DNA of 64,000 bases from Pseudomonadota bacterium. GTDB taxonomy: Bacteria > UBA10199 > 2-02-FULL-44-16 > JBDRGF01. Every line of letters starts with the position of its first letter. Positions within the stretch are counted from its first letter, which is position 1. Below are positions 40,811 through 50,459 of the stretch, one piece after another. The stretch is taken from NCBI GenBank assembly GCA_043818055.1, contig JBDRGF010000159.1, positions 29,860 to 93,859 of the forward strand, given 5' to 3'. Below the pieces are notes generated by a model. The model did not search any database. It was not told the origin of the DNA and saw only the letters and a list, made by a program, of their open reading frames with translations. The position numbers were made by a program, and so were the translations under genes.

Positions 40811-42559
40811 ATGAAGAAAAAATCCCTATCAAACCTTGTGACCTTTATCCTCATCATGTCATTTCTTATAAGTTGTTCAGGAGGAACGAGTTCACAGGGA
40901 GGAGTAGATAATTCGGCATCGGTTGCAGATGATAGCCTTGTTGGAGTTTGGACGCAAAACACGAGTGACGCAAACGCTCTAAAAACGATGACTCTTACAA
41001 AAACGAACGTCACCAACAGCCTTAGCATGGATGGGAATATGGGGAATAACACACAAGTGAAAGGGGTAATGGTTGTAATCCCATCCTCCACTGCAAAAGC
41101 TGCTGCCGACGCTGAAACTGCAACAGCAATCTTGAGTTTCTATGATACAGGAACAAACGGCGCTATCCTAGATGTTACCATCAAAGGCGCGATCTCCTTA
41201 TCTGCCGACTGCAAAACACTTACGATAGATGACAGCCAGAACAACACTACAACTACATTCACCAGCACCAAGACATCCTGCTCGGACACCGGGACAGTAA
41301 CACAGCCTACAACACCCGGCGCACAGCCCGCCAACTGCATCAATAGCGATATCCCAGCAAAGATAAATTGGGCAAGACAGATAGGTTCAACAAATACCGA
41401 TTTTGCCACTAGCATTTGTATGGATAAAACCGGAAATGTTTACATGGCCGGACATACCCTGGGCAGTTTGGACAACAACCAAAACGCGGGGGGGGCCGAT
41501 ATTTTTCTCGTAAAACACGACTCCTCGGGAAATAAAATATGGCTTCGGCAGATTGGAACAGCATCAAAGGACCTTGCTGCTGGGGTTGCTGCCGACTTGA
41601 ATGAGAATATCTATATGACGGGATATACCCAAGGGGGTTTGGATAATAATCAAAATGCCGGTGATTATGACATCTTTGTCATGAAGTTCGATGCCTTGGG
41701 GAACAAGCTCTGGACGCGCCAGATGGGCACTAATGCGTATGATGCCTCATCCTCAATAGCGGTGGATAGCAGCGGAAATGTGTATATTGCCGGCAAAACG
41801 AATGGAGCTTTGGATGGACAGAAACATTCAGGGCTCAGGGATATCTTTCTTATCAAGCTGGATTCGTCAGGCAACAAGCTCTGGACACGCCTGTCGGGAA
41901 CCGCTGCAAACGATGAAGCCACCGGTGTCGCTGTGGATAGCACCGGGAATGCCTATGTCACCGGCATGACAGAGGGTGCATTGGATGGCAATCAGCATTC
42001 AGGGTTCTCTGATATATTTGTTATGGAGTTCGATCCGTCAGGCAATAAGCTCTGGACGGAACAGAGGGGAACAGCCCTTAACGATAATACATCGGCCATT
42101 GCAGTTGATAGTAGTGGAAACAGCTATGTATGTGGCAGGACGGAGGGTGGGCTGAGTGGCAATCAAAATGCTGGATTGACGGATATCTTTCTCATTAAGC
42201 TCGATTCAGCGGGAAATGATATCTGGACGAAACAGTTCGGCACAACACAAAATGACAGCGCATCAGGGATCGCAACAGATATGAGCAACAATATTTATGT
42301 CACAGGCAATACCGATGGAGGTGTGGATAACTATAACAATATGGGATTTTCAGATATTTTTACCGCAAAAATAGACCCATCATCTGGAAATCCAGTCTGG
42401 ATATTTCAAACGGGTTCTCCCGGCGGCGACGAGGCAACTGGAATTACGATTGATTCAGGCGGAAGTATCTACGTGGCAGGACATACCGACGACGATTTGT
42501 ATGGTAATAAGAATGCGGGCATAAGAGATGCCTTTGCGATCGCGCTGATTTGCAATTAA
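40811..42559 (+). CDS. Lipoprotein with SBBP-type beta-propeller repeats
   Basis: LISC lipobox; repeated AVDSSGNxYxxGxTxG...DIFxxKxDxxGNKxW units; AGGAGG RBS. Confidence 0.85.
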   Translation: MKKKSLSNLVTFILIMSFLISCSGGTSSQGGVDNSASVADDSLVGVWTQNTSDANALKTMTLTKTNVTNSLSMDGNMGNNTQVKGVMVVIPSSTAKAAADAETATAILSFYDTGTNGAILDVTIKGAISLSADCKTLTIDDSQNNTTTTFTSTKTSCSDTGTVTQPTTPGAQPANCINSDIPAKINWARQIGSTNTDFATSICMDKTGNVYMAGHTLGSLDNNQNAGGADIFLVKHDSSGNKIWLRQIGTASKDLAAGVAADLNENIYMTGYTQGGLDNNQNAGDYDIFVMKFDALGNKLWTRQMGTNAYDASSSIAVDSSGNVYIAGKTNGALDGQKHSGLRDIFLIKLDSSGNKLWTRLSGTAANDEATGVAVDSTGNAYVTGMTEGALDGNQHSGFSDIFVMEFDPSGNKLWTEQRGTALNDNTSAIAVDSSGNSYVCGRTEGGLSGNQNAGLTDIFLIKLDSAGNDIWTKQFGTTQNDSASGIATDMSNNIYVTGNTDGGVDNYNNMGFSDIFTAKIDPSSGNPVWIFQTGSPGGDEATGITIDSGGSIYVAGHTDDDLYGNKNAGIRDAFAIALICN

Positions 42560-42576
42560 AAAGTTTGTGTAAAAAA

Positions 42577-43335
42577 TTATTTTGTAAAATCAACTGTAAA
42601 TGTGCTGCCGTTACAATTGCCGCAGTTTGCTATCTCAAGTGTAAATTTTGCCTTATCAGAACATCCAACGCTACCCTGTGAGTTTTTAGCTAATACCAAA
42701 TTGCAATTCCGCGTGTTATTCGTCCATGTACCTCCTGTTGTAGCGTTATCGTTCATCGTAAATATAACCCCACCTGCTATGTAGCGGTTTTGCTCACACT
42801 TTCCATCTTGATATTGACCGGCTGTATCTGCAGGCAGGTTGTAGCCCGAACAATCCAGAAGTTCAGTGAACATCCACCTTATTTTTGCAGAGTTTGGAGT
42901 CGTCTCGGCCGGAGGAGGCTCAGTAGAGGTTTCAGGCGACGTCTCTTTGTTGGATTCTTCCGGAGCAGTTTCATTCGCGGGTTCGGTTTCTCTTGCGGGT
43001 TCGTCTGGGCCGCCGTCGCGGGGGGCTCTTTCCTCCGCAACTATCTCAGGTGATTTCTCCTGTGGTTTCTCAGATGTCTTATCAACGGGCTTTTCAGCAG
43101 GTGGTGTGTCGGGCATCTTCTCTGTGCCGCCATCTTTTGGAGTCTCCTCGTATGGTTTCCCCTCTTTGATTTTTTCCAGCTGTTTGGCGCTTTTGCAATA
43201 ATCCTCTAACTTCTTGCTACTATCCTTATCGACTTTGACCTTTTCCCCTTTGCACTCCACGTAGGTGTCTTTTCCCGCACAGCCTTTGAGCAACAGGGCC
43301 AGAGTCCCTAATCCCAATACAATCAACGGAACCAT
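42577..43335 (-). CDS. Putative lipoprotein with Pro/Glu-rich linker and Cys-rich C-domain
   Basis: LKGC lipobox-like; AAGGAGG RBS. Confidence 0.65.
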   Translation of the reverse strand: MVPLIVLGLGTLALLLKGCAGKDTYVECKGEKVKVDKDSSKKLEDYCKSAKQLEKIKEGKPYEETPKDGGTEKMPDTPPAEKPVDKTSEKPQEKSPEIVAEERAPRDGGPDEPARETEPANETAPEESNKETSPETSTEPPPAETTPNSAKIRWMFTELLDCSGYNLPADTAGQYQDGKCEQNRYIAGGVIFTMNDNATTGGTWTNNTRNCNLVLAKNSQGSVGCSDKAKFTLEIANCGNCNGSTFTVDFTK

Positions 43336-43438
43336 AATTTCCTCCTTGCCGCATTGAAGTGCTATCTGCAGAGAAAGTCAAGAGAATATATCGCCAAAAG
43401 CTCTATTTTCAACGTTTTGCGAGCAATAAAAAAATGCC

Positions 43439-43591
43439 CAATTAACAATACCAAAATTCAATATCCAATATCCAATATCCAATATCCAATATCCAATATC
43501 CAATATCCAATATCCAATATCCAATATCCAATATCCAATATTCAGTTAACAATATCCAATATCCAATATTCAATACACAATACTCAATTAA
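43439..43591 (+). repeat. Heptamer array (CAATATC)11 perfect plus degenerate CAATNNN units
   Basis: Perfect run 43459-43535. Confidence 0.95.
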
Positions 43592-43628
43592 TGTTGAATA
43601 ATTATCGACAAGAATATAGATTGTAGCG

Positions 43629-44141
43629 ATGTTATCGAAAACTATCATTCTATTCTTAATCACGCTCCTGCCCTTTTTGGAGCTGAGAGCTTCGATACCA
43701 TTTGGAATCTTATCCGGCACCGTTGCTATGCCTTTGGGGTTTCACGCTACAGGGCTTGATCTCAGCTGGCCGATCGTCTTTGCCATCTGTGTGGTTTCCA
43801 ATATGGTGCTTGGTATTATACTGTATCCGGTCATCCATCATCTTATTCTTCTTTTGGAGAAGATTCCTTTATTCGGGAAATTTTGGAAACGCCGCGTTGA
43901 AAAGACTCAAAGAAAAATCCACCAATATGTCGAGAGATGGGGGATGATCGGGGTTGCCCTGTTCATCGCCGTGCCGCTCCCCGGCAGTGGGTCATATAGC
44001 GGTGCAATCGGTGCTTATCTGATAGGCATGAGCTACAGGCGATTTATACTCGCCAATTGCATCGGCGTTACGATCGCGGGGATACTGGTGACGCTCGCAA
44101 CGATGACTGGCAAAGGAATTTGGGCATTTTTCTCTAGCTGA
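43629..44141 (+). CDS. Small multidrug export-like protein (COG2426)
   Basis: LPFLELRASIP, FIAVPLPGSGSYSG. Confidence 0.8.
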   Translation: MLSKTIILFLITLLPFLELRASIPFGILSGTVAMPLGFHATGLDLSWPIVFAICVVSNMVLGIILYPVIHHLILLLEKIPLFGKFWKRRVEKTQRKIHQYVERWGMIGVALFIAVPLPGSGSYSGAIGAYLIGMSYRRFILANCIGVTIAGILVTLATMTGKGIWAFFSS

Positions 44142-44172
44142 GAGCTAAAAACCTGCCCGAAAGTAGTAACGC

Positions 44173-44198
44173 GGGCGGGTTTAAAACCCGCCCCTACA
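44173..44198. repeat. GTAG-family REP between convergent genes
   Basis: GGGCGGGTTTAAAACCCGCCCCTACA. Confidence 0.8.
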
Positions 44199-44205
44199 AA
44201 AAGAG

Positions 44206-44769
44206 TTAATCTTTGAGCGATGGGCATTTGCAACCCTGTTTACCCACTGACTTGACCTTTTTTTCGATGATGTTCATCTCGTCGGAGCCGCTTAAAATTA
44301 GAGGGAAAAATTCGGCTTTATCATCCTGTGCCCACTTTAGATTTTCATTCTCCCACCGGGCTACCATCTGCCGCGATTCACCCTCATCGATCACAAATAC
44401 AAGGTCTCTCTTATAATCGAAGTCCTTTGAGATAAGGGGCGCGTAGGTTTTGAGCCTCTTTGCCAGAAAGTTCACATAGACAGAAAAATAGCGCTTCAGG
44501 AAGCGATTCAGACGCGCCCTCTCCTGGGGCAGATATTTATCCAGCAACGTCACTTCAACCTCTATCATGTTCTTATCCGTTACCCTCGGGGCAAAGGCCA
44601 GCAGGCATGAAGTGAGGTAGAGGCTGGTGATATCAAGTTGCAATTGCAACGCCTGTTTTTGAGTGAACGGCGCCGACTTGTTCAAATCGCCGCTTTTTAA
44701 ACTGGCAAAGGCCTGTGATGTCGAAAACAAGAGAACTACGACGATCAAGCATGCGGAAAACCTTTTCAT
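44206..44769 (-). CDS. Hypothetical exported protein
   Basis: Signal peptide (AFA), GGAGG RBS. Confidence 0.65.
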   Translation of the reverse strand: MKRFSACLIVVVLLFSTSQAFASLKSGDLNKSAPFTQKQALQLQLDITSLYLTSCLLAFAPRVTDKNMIEVEVTLLDKYLPQERARLNRFLKRYFSVYVNFLAKRLKTYAPLISKDFDYKRDLVFVIDEGESRQMVARWENENLKWAQDDKAEFFPLILSGSDEMNIIEKKVKSVGKQGCKCPSLKD

Positions 44770-44830
44770 ATAACACCTCCAAGTAAGCTTGATGAACCAG
44801 TTTTATGCGATTGTCAACTCTCTAGGAAAA

Positions 44831-44865
44831 AGTGTAGGAGTGTAGAAGTGTAGGAGTGTTTAAGT
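44831..44865 (+). repeat. Octamer array AGTGTAGG/AGTGTAGA/AGTGTTTA x4
   Basis: Immediately before the ATG at 44867. Confidence 0.75.
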
Positions 44866-44866
44866 T

Positions 44867-45523
44867 ATGATGATATGTGGATTGATATTGGCTGCGGGGG
44901 TGTCATCTAGGATGGGGGCTTGCAAGGCGCTGCTCTCACTTCGTGATGGAAGCACGCTTTTGTCTGCGCAATATAACCTGCTCAAAAATGCAGGGTGCGA
45001 GAGTATAGCGGTCGTAGTAGGAGCAAATAATAAAGATATCGTAAAGGCGCATGAGGATCTGGATGTCATCTGGGTTGAAAATGAGCAATGGGAGTTGGGG
45101 CAGTTTTCATCTTTGCAATGTGGTTTGGATAAATTGCTAAAACTATCACCCCCTCCCCATCCCTCCCCCCTCAAGGGGGAGGGGCTAAATGTGGTGATCC
45201 TCCCCATCGATACTGTCGGGGTGGAGGGTAAAACGGTTGAAATTCTCATAAGCGAAGCTCAACAGGATGAAAACTATGATGCTTATGTGCCAGAATATGC
45301 TGGTAGAGGTGGACATCCCATACTCATCACAAAAAAAATTATAACCCGCAGTCTTGATTTAGACCCTAAAAATGAGAGGGCCAGACTCGATTTCATCATC
45401 TCTGAGGCTCACCATAGGATGGTCCCTGTCGATGACAAAGGTATAAGAAATAACATCAACACGAGAAGCCAATGGAGAAATTATATTTCCCAATCACAAG
45501 AGATCTTTCAGATAATCAGATAG
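44867..45523 (+). CDS. MocA-like molybdenum cofactor cytidylyltransferase
   Basis: ILAAGVSSRMG..KALL, GQFSSL, RGGHP; beside the Mo-hydroxylase genes. Confidence 0.75.
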   Translation: MMICGLILAAGVSSRMGACKALLSLRDGSTLLSAQYNLLKNAGCESIAVVVGANNKDIVKAHEDLDVIWVENEQWELGQFSSLQCGLDKLLKLSPPPHPSPLKGEGLNVVILPIDTVGVEGKTVEILISEAQQDENYDAYVPEYAGRGGHPILITKKIITRSLDLDPKNERARLDFIISEAHHRMVPVDDKGIRNNINTRSQWRNYISQSQEIFQIIR

Positions 45524-46333
45524 TATGTTAGCAGAGACAAAGCTCCTGTAGGCGGCGGTCGATCTGATATCATCGATCGATTTCCATTCATTCTTCAGTG
45601 ACTCTTTAGCTTGATCAATCAAATCTTCACTTAGCAACTCTCCTTCAAGAAGCTTCACTGTTTTAGGCGCCGTCACAACAGTCGGCCCCATGCTTGCGGC
45701 TGCTATCGAGATCGATTCGATAACGCCTTTTTTTACAATCGACCCAACGCAGAGAGCAGCCTTTGATATCGTCTGCGCCTTTCGTGTTCCTATCTTATAG
45801 AACTTCGCATTCATTCCATTTTGAGGAGTGGGAAGTTTTAATCTTGTGATGATCTCGTCCGGTTTTAGATTCAATTTTTTATACCCTTCAAAAAGATCGA
45901 CGAGTTTGATAAGGCGAGAGCCTCTAAGACTTTTAAGTTCTAATTCACAATTGTAAACTACAAGGACAGGAGGGGTATCCCCCGCAGGACTTGCGTTTGC
46001 GACGTTTCCACCGATCGTTCCGCGACTTTGTATCTGCTTGGCGCCGATGGTCGAACATGCGTGCGATAGAGTAGAAAAATGTTTTTTGATCAAAGCATCC
46101 TCTTTGATCATCGCATGGGTAACGAGCGCCCCTATATAAACATCTTCCCCCTCTTCAGATATGCCGCTCAATTCAGAGAGGGCTGATATATCTATGACGC
46201 CCTTCAAATCGATGGCGCCGCTTTTCCATTGGACGATGAGATCCGTCCCTCCGGCGAGGAGTGGAAAGCGGGTCGATTCGTCGAATAGATATCGAAGCGC
46301 TTCGTCCAATGTTGTTGGTTTGAGATATTTCAA
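45494..46333 (-). CDS. Xanthine dehydrogenase family FAD subunit
   Basis: LAGGTDL, RGTIGGNVANASPAGD, DDIRSTAAYR; TTG start overlapping the upstream TGA. Confidence 0.88.
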   Translation of the reverse strand: MKYLKPTTLDEALRYLFDESTRFPLLAGGTDLIVQWKSGAIDLKGVIDISALSELSGISEEGEDVYIGALVTHAMIKEDALIKKHFSTLSHACSTIGAKQIQSRGTIGGNVANASPAGDTPPVLVVYNCELELKSLRGSRLIKLVDLFEGYKKLNLKPDEIITRLKLPTPQNGMNAKFYKIGTRKAQTISKAALCVGSIVKKGVIESISIAAASMGPTVVTAPKTVKLLEGELLSEDLIDQAKESLKNEWKSIDDIRSTAAYRSFVSANILSDYLKDLL

Positions 46334-46803
46334 CTTTTCATTTCCCTTGCGGCGTTTTCTATTGCGTCTATTATTTTCACATATCCGGTGCAGCGGCAGA
46401 GATTGCCTGAGATCGCTTCTGTGATCTCCTCGCGCGTCGGTCTTTTGTTCTTTCTCAAAAGGGATTCGGCCGCCATCATCATGCCGGGCGAGCAGATCCC
46501 GCACTGCATAGCGCCACCTGAGACGAAGTGTTTTTGTAGCACTGAAAACTTTTTTCCTTGTGATAAACCCTCTATCGTCTCCACATGATCGCCATCCTTC
46601 AGCTGGCCTAAAAGTATCAGGCATGAATTCACAACTTCGCCATTTAGCAGGACTGAGCAGGCGCCACACTCACCCTCTCCGCACCCCTCCTTCGTCCCAG
46701 TTAAATGAAGTTTTTCACGCAACAGATCGAGTACTCGGGAGTGAGGTTCGGCTTGAATCATCGTGTCTTTTCCGTTTAATTTTATTTTTATTTCTATCAT
46801 CAT
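46330..46803 (-). CDS. Xanthine dehydrogenase family 2Fe-2S subunit
   Basis: GTKEGCGEGECGAC, QCGICSPG, GNLCRCTGY. Confidence 0.9.
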   Translation of the reverse strand: MMIEIKIKLNGKDTMIQAEPHSRVLDLLREKLHLTGTKEGCGEGECGACSVLLNGEVVNSCLILLGQLKDGDHVETIEGLSQGKKFSVLQKHFVSGGAMQCGICSPGMMMAAESLLRKNKRPTREEITEAISGNLCRCTGYVKIIDAIENAAREMKS

Positions 46804-46811
46804 ACGCCCTC

Positions 46812-46838
46812 GGGCAGACACAGGGGTCTGCCCCTACA
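46812..46838. repeat. GTAG-family REP
   Basis: GGGCAGACACAGGGGTCTGCCCCTACA. Confidence 0.8.
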
Positions 46839-46839
46839 T

Positions 46840-49038
46840 CTATTTTATACAAGCCGCTAATAATTTCTCCGGTGTTATCGGCAGGTCGCGGATACGCACA
46901 CCGATTGCATCATAAACCGCATTTGCGATCGCCGGAGCGGGGCCGTCCATCGGCAACTCCCCCAATCCCTTGCAGCCGCCGGCGCTGTATGAATATAAAT
47001 TCTCTATAAAATGGACGTGCATCTTCGGGGCATCTAGCGCTGTCGGTATGAGATATGTCTGCATGCGATCCGTTTTCACGTGCCCTTTATCCATGACAAA
47101 ATTTTCGAGCAGCGCGTATCCGACGGCCTGAAGAGCGCCGCCCTCCACCTGTCCGGAAGCCAGCATCGGATTGACCACCTTTCCCACATCCTGGACGAGA
47201 TGGAGATTGGTGAGTTTCACTTCAAATGTATTCATGTCGACTTCAACCTCTGCTATATTGGCTCCCCACGCAAATACGGGATAGGCATCCCCTTTGTAAT
47301 TATGTTCATCCCATACGATACCGGGTGGAACCTGATACTGACGAATGACCTCGGTGGGACCGTTACTATCATAAAATTCCCGCGCGATTTCGATAAATCC
47401 TTTTTTAACTGGTGCAAAGCTCTCAATTCTATTCCTCAACTCCAATGCCGCATCGTACAACACCTTTCCTATGACCATCGTCGTCCGCGATGCAACAGTC
47501 GGACCGCTATTTGGAACGACAGATGTATCCGGGGTTGCGACCTTAATATTTTCGATTGAGATAGCAAGTGCATCGGCGACTATCTGGGTCAAAACAGTAT
47601 GAGAGCCCTGTCCCATCTCGGTCGATGCTGTTAGAATTGTAACTGAGCCATCCTTTTCCAAACGTACACCGGCCTTCGATTTCAGACGATCCTCGCCGCT
47701 GCCTGTAAATCCGGCGCCGTGCAGAAACAACGAAATTCCGATGCCGCGCCTTTTCGAAGAATTCCTTTTCCATTTTGAATCGGGTTTGGACTTCTTTTCA
47801 AATTCGCTCATCGACGACGCCTTCTCCAGGACTTCCGATGCTGACACGCTCTCCTTGAGCCTTTGCCCCGTGGTGGTCTCGTCGTTTAACTTGAGGAGGT
47901 TTTTCCTGCGAAATTCCAGAGGTGACATTTTAAGCTCATTTGCTATCTCATCGATGTGCGACTCCAGCGCGAAGATCGACTGCGGCGCGCCAAAGCCTCT
48001 GAATGCGCCGTTTGGTGATGTGTTGGTGGCAAATGTTAAAGCATGTGCACTGAAATTTTCGATCTTATAGGCGCCCCCCGAATGCAACACGCCCCTGGAC
48101 AACACAACCGGGGAGAGAGACATATACGCGCCACCATCCAGAAAGAATCTTATCTCCATCGCCTTGATCGTTCCGTCGCTTAAAACGCCGGTCTTGTAAT
48201 GCGCCTTTGCCGGATGGCGCTTCGTCGAGACGATTATATCCTCATTGCGATCGTAGATAATCTTGATGGGACGGCGTGCCTTGTATGAAAGGATGGCTGC
48301 ATAACCTGCGATGACAGATGGATAATCCTCCTTGCCGCCAAACGCCCCACCGACAACGGCCTGACGAACGGCGATGCGCGCATCGTCCCAGCCAAAAAGA
48401 TATTTCATGGCATCGTGAACGTAATACGGACACTGAAGCGAACCGATTATCTCCATCACGCCATCTTTACGAAAATCGGCGATCACGCTCTGAGGTTCGA
48501 TATATAAGTGTTCTTGGTGACCGACGCTGTAATCACCCTCGATGATCAGATCGGAATTTTTGAATCCTGCGTCAACATCACCCTTTACGATATCATAGGA
48601 GGCAAAGAGATTATCGTCGCCATATAAAACCCTCTTTTTCGAAAGCGACTCCTCCATCGTGAGGACTGGATCGATTGCCTCAAATTTGACTTCGACCCTC
48701 TTTCTCGCCTCGAGCGCCATCTCCCTTGTGGGTGCGGCAATCAGACATATCCCCTCACCGACATAACGAAACTCAGCCGTAGCAAGCAGCGGCATATCTT
48801 TTTCTATCATCGCCACACAGTTTTTTCCGGGAATATCATCGGCAGTTGCCACAACGACCTTAGACCAATCAAAGGAGGGATCGAAATCTACAGATGTGAT
48901 GCGCCCAGCTGGGGCCTTCGCCCTCACAACAGCGCCATGCCACATGCCGGGAAGCACGATATCGTCGACATATTTTGCTATTCCAAGCGCTTTATCATGA
49001 GCATCAACACGAGGTGTATTTTGTCCTATAAAATTCAT
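46840..49038 (-). CDS. Xanthine dehydrogenase family molybdopterin subunit
   Basis: VGGAFGGK, AFRGFG, EMGQG, TVASR, GQVEGG, KGLGE. Confidence 0.9.
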   Translation of the reverse strand: MNFIGQNTPRVDAHDKALGIAKYVDDIVLPGMWHGAVVRAKAPAGRITSVDFDPSFDWSKVVVATADDIPGKNCVAMIEKDMPLLATAEFRYVGEGICLIAAPTREMALEARKRVEVKFEAIDPVLTMEESLSKKRVLYGDDNLFASYDIVKGDVDAGFKNSDLIIEGDYSVGHQEHLYIEPQSVIADFRKDGVMEIIGSLQCPYYVHDAMKYLFGWDDARIAVRQAVVGGAFGGKEDYPSVIAGYAAILSYKARRPIKIIYDRNEDIIVSTKRHPAKAHYKTGVLSDGTIKAMEIRFFLDGGAYMSLSPVVLSRGVLHSGGAYKIENFSAHALTFATNTSPNGAFRGFGAPQSIFALESHIDEIANELKMSPLEFRRKNLLKLNDETTTGQRLKESVSASEVLEKASSMSEFEKKSKPDSKWKRNSSKRRGIGISLFLHGAGFTGSGEDRLKSKAGVRLEKDGSVTILTASTEMGQGSHTVLTQIVADALAISIENIKVATPDTSVVPNSGPTVASRTTMVIGKVLYDAALELRNRIESFAPVKKGFIEIAREFYDSNGPTEVIRQYQVPPGIVWDEHNYKGDAYPVFAWGANIAEVEVDMNTFEVKLTNLHLVQDVGKVVNPMLASGQVEGGALQAVGYALLENFVMDKGHVKTDRMQTYLIPTALDAPKMHVHFIENLYSYSAGGCKGLGELPMDGPAPAIANAVYDAIGVRIRDLPITPEKLLAACIK

Positions 49039-49171
49039 CACGTTATTTTTGCTGGAAGCACTGTAAAAAGACAAGACAAAAAACGTGAAGCCTAAAAACG
49101 TGAAGCGTCCACGCGTGACGCGTGAAGCGAAAAAAAAGGAGCAGCATTACTGCGCCACCTTATATTCTCAA

Positions 49172-50296
49172 TCAGTACTCCTGAGATAAATAGTATGCAA
49201 AGAACGGATCGGCGATGCGCACACCATTTTCGTCCTTTTCGACATATCCTTTATCCATGAGCAGGTTACACATCTGAGACATCCCTCTCGCTGAAATTCC
49301 ACTTTCAGAAACCGTCGCTTGCGATGTGACCTCCTTAATGTATCCGTTTTTTGCAATCACAGAAAGAAACTTGACCTGTTTTATACTCAAAAATGCAACC
49401 TTTTCAGCATATCGGCTCTGTGCATCGAGGTATCCATGATGGATGATGTTTTTAATCTCCGAAATTTCGACAGCCTCATGTTCATGAGAGTTGTAAATAT
49501 CAGAACAGAGCTTACATATATAGTTAGGGATATGATATCCGCTTTGAATGATGAATCTCAACGCATCATCATCCAATCGAATTTTTTTGTTTTTCATTCT
49601 CTCCAGTATATACGGCTTCCAATTTTCAAAGCTTATCTCTTTCAACTCCAGGCTTTTTCCCCAGTTATAAAATGGCCTTCGCTCGTCAAGAAAGATATCC
49701 TTGAGAAGATGTTTCTTAGACCCTGAGATGATGATGGAGCCCTTATTCAATTTCTGGGTCAAATCTCTTAACAGTGCTTCTGCCTCTGGCACGAAAACCA
49801 CATCCTGAAACTCATCCATGACAAGAAGAAGGGGATATTCGCTGCCTAATCCTAATAAAGAGTTAAAAATATCATGAAGGCTTCTTTTATCTGTTGTTTC
49901 TGTCGATATGGTGAGCTTTGTCTCACCAGATAATGAATCGACCTTGATCTCCGGACGCAAAGATTTCAGAAGCTTTAATATATTGGAGGCTATCACTTTT
50001 ATTGAAAAAACTTTATTGATCACATCTGTCAGCGCATGTGAGAAACGAATTGCTATCGAATCAAGATCCTTCACCTCCTGCAAGTTCACGTAACAAAAGA
50101 TTGCGCTTTTTTTCCTCGCAAGAAAATGTTTACCTGTCACATTGACCAGCACAGAGGTCTTTCCAAATCGACGGGGGGCGAAGAGAAGAATTTTTTCACC
50201 ACCGTTGACATATCTATCAAGCCTTTTTATCTCCTCCTCGTAGTTACAGATATCCTCTTCGTCTATCAACACGTCATATTTAAACATGGCTTCCAA
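49172..50296 (-). CDS. AAA+/STAND-like ATPase with C-terminal wHTH
   Basis: APRRFGKTS Walker A, MDEFQ Walker B, ISGS, DPFF. Confidence 0.8.
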   Translation of the reverse strand: MEAMFKYDVLIDEEDICNYEEEIKRLDRYVNGGEKILLFAPRRFGKTSVLVNVTGKHFLARKKSAIFCYVNLQEVKDLDSIAIRFSHALTDVINKVFSIKVIASNILKLLKSLRPEIKVDSLSGETKLTISTETTDKRSLHDIFNSLLGLGSEYPLLLVMDEFQDVVFVPEAEALLRDLTQKLNKGSIIISGSKKHLLKDIFLDERRPFYNWGKSLELKEISFENWKPYILERMKNKKIRLDDDALRFIIQSGYHIPNYICKLCSDIYNSHEHEAVEISEIKNIIHHGYLDAQSRYAEKVAFLSIKQVKFLSVIAKNGYIKEVTSQATVSESGISARGMSQMCNLLMDKGYVEKDENGVRIADPFFAYYLSQEY

Positions 50297-50309
50297 CCCT
50301 CCTAAAATA

Positions 50310-50371
50310 TTGATTATACTAAAAGTATAATACTGTTAGTATCATATATATTATACTTTTAGTATAATCAA
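50310..50371. promoter_or_regulatory. Perfect 23-bp inverted repeat (candidate double operator)
   Basis: TTGATTATACTAAAAGTATAATA-N16-TATTATACTTTTAGTATAATCAA. Confidence 0.7.
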
Positions 50372-50389
50372 GAATAAAATTTACACATT

Positions 50390-50418
50390 AAAAAAACGGG
50401 CGGATCATCGATCCGCCC
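50390..50418 (-). terminator. Intrinsic terminator of the rpsU-rpoD operon
   Basis: GGGCGGATC-GAT-GATCCGCCC hairpin followed by GTTTTTT. Confidence 0.8.
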
Positions 50419-50422
50419 AACT

Positions 50423-50454
50423 TAAACACTCAAACACTCCTACACTTAAACACT
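50423..50454 (-). repeat. Octamer array AGTGTTTA/AGTGTAGG/AGTGTTTG x4
   Basis: Same units as 44831-44865, opposite strand. Confidence 0.75.
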
Positions 50455-50459
50455 CACAC

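Noticed and set aside
43354..43720. ORFs with QYPISNI / GYWILDI repeats
   Set aside because: Translations of the CAATATC array
46334..46669. N-terminal extension of the FAD-subunit ORF
   Set aside because: It overlaps the 2Fe-2S gene in another frame; the recognisable protein starts at LKYLKP
45494..49074. Aerobic CO dehydrogenase
   Set aside because: The large subunit has AFRGFG, not the AYxCSFR form I motif; substrate unknown
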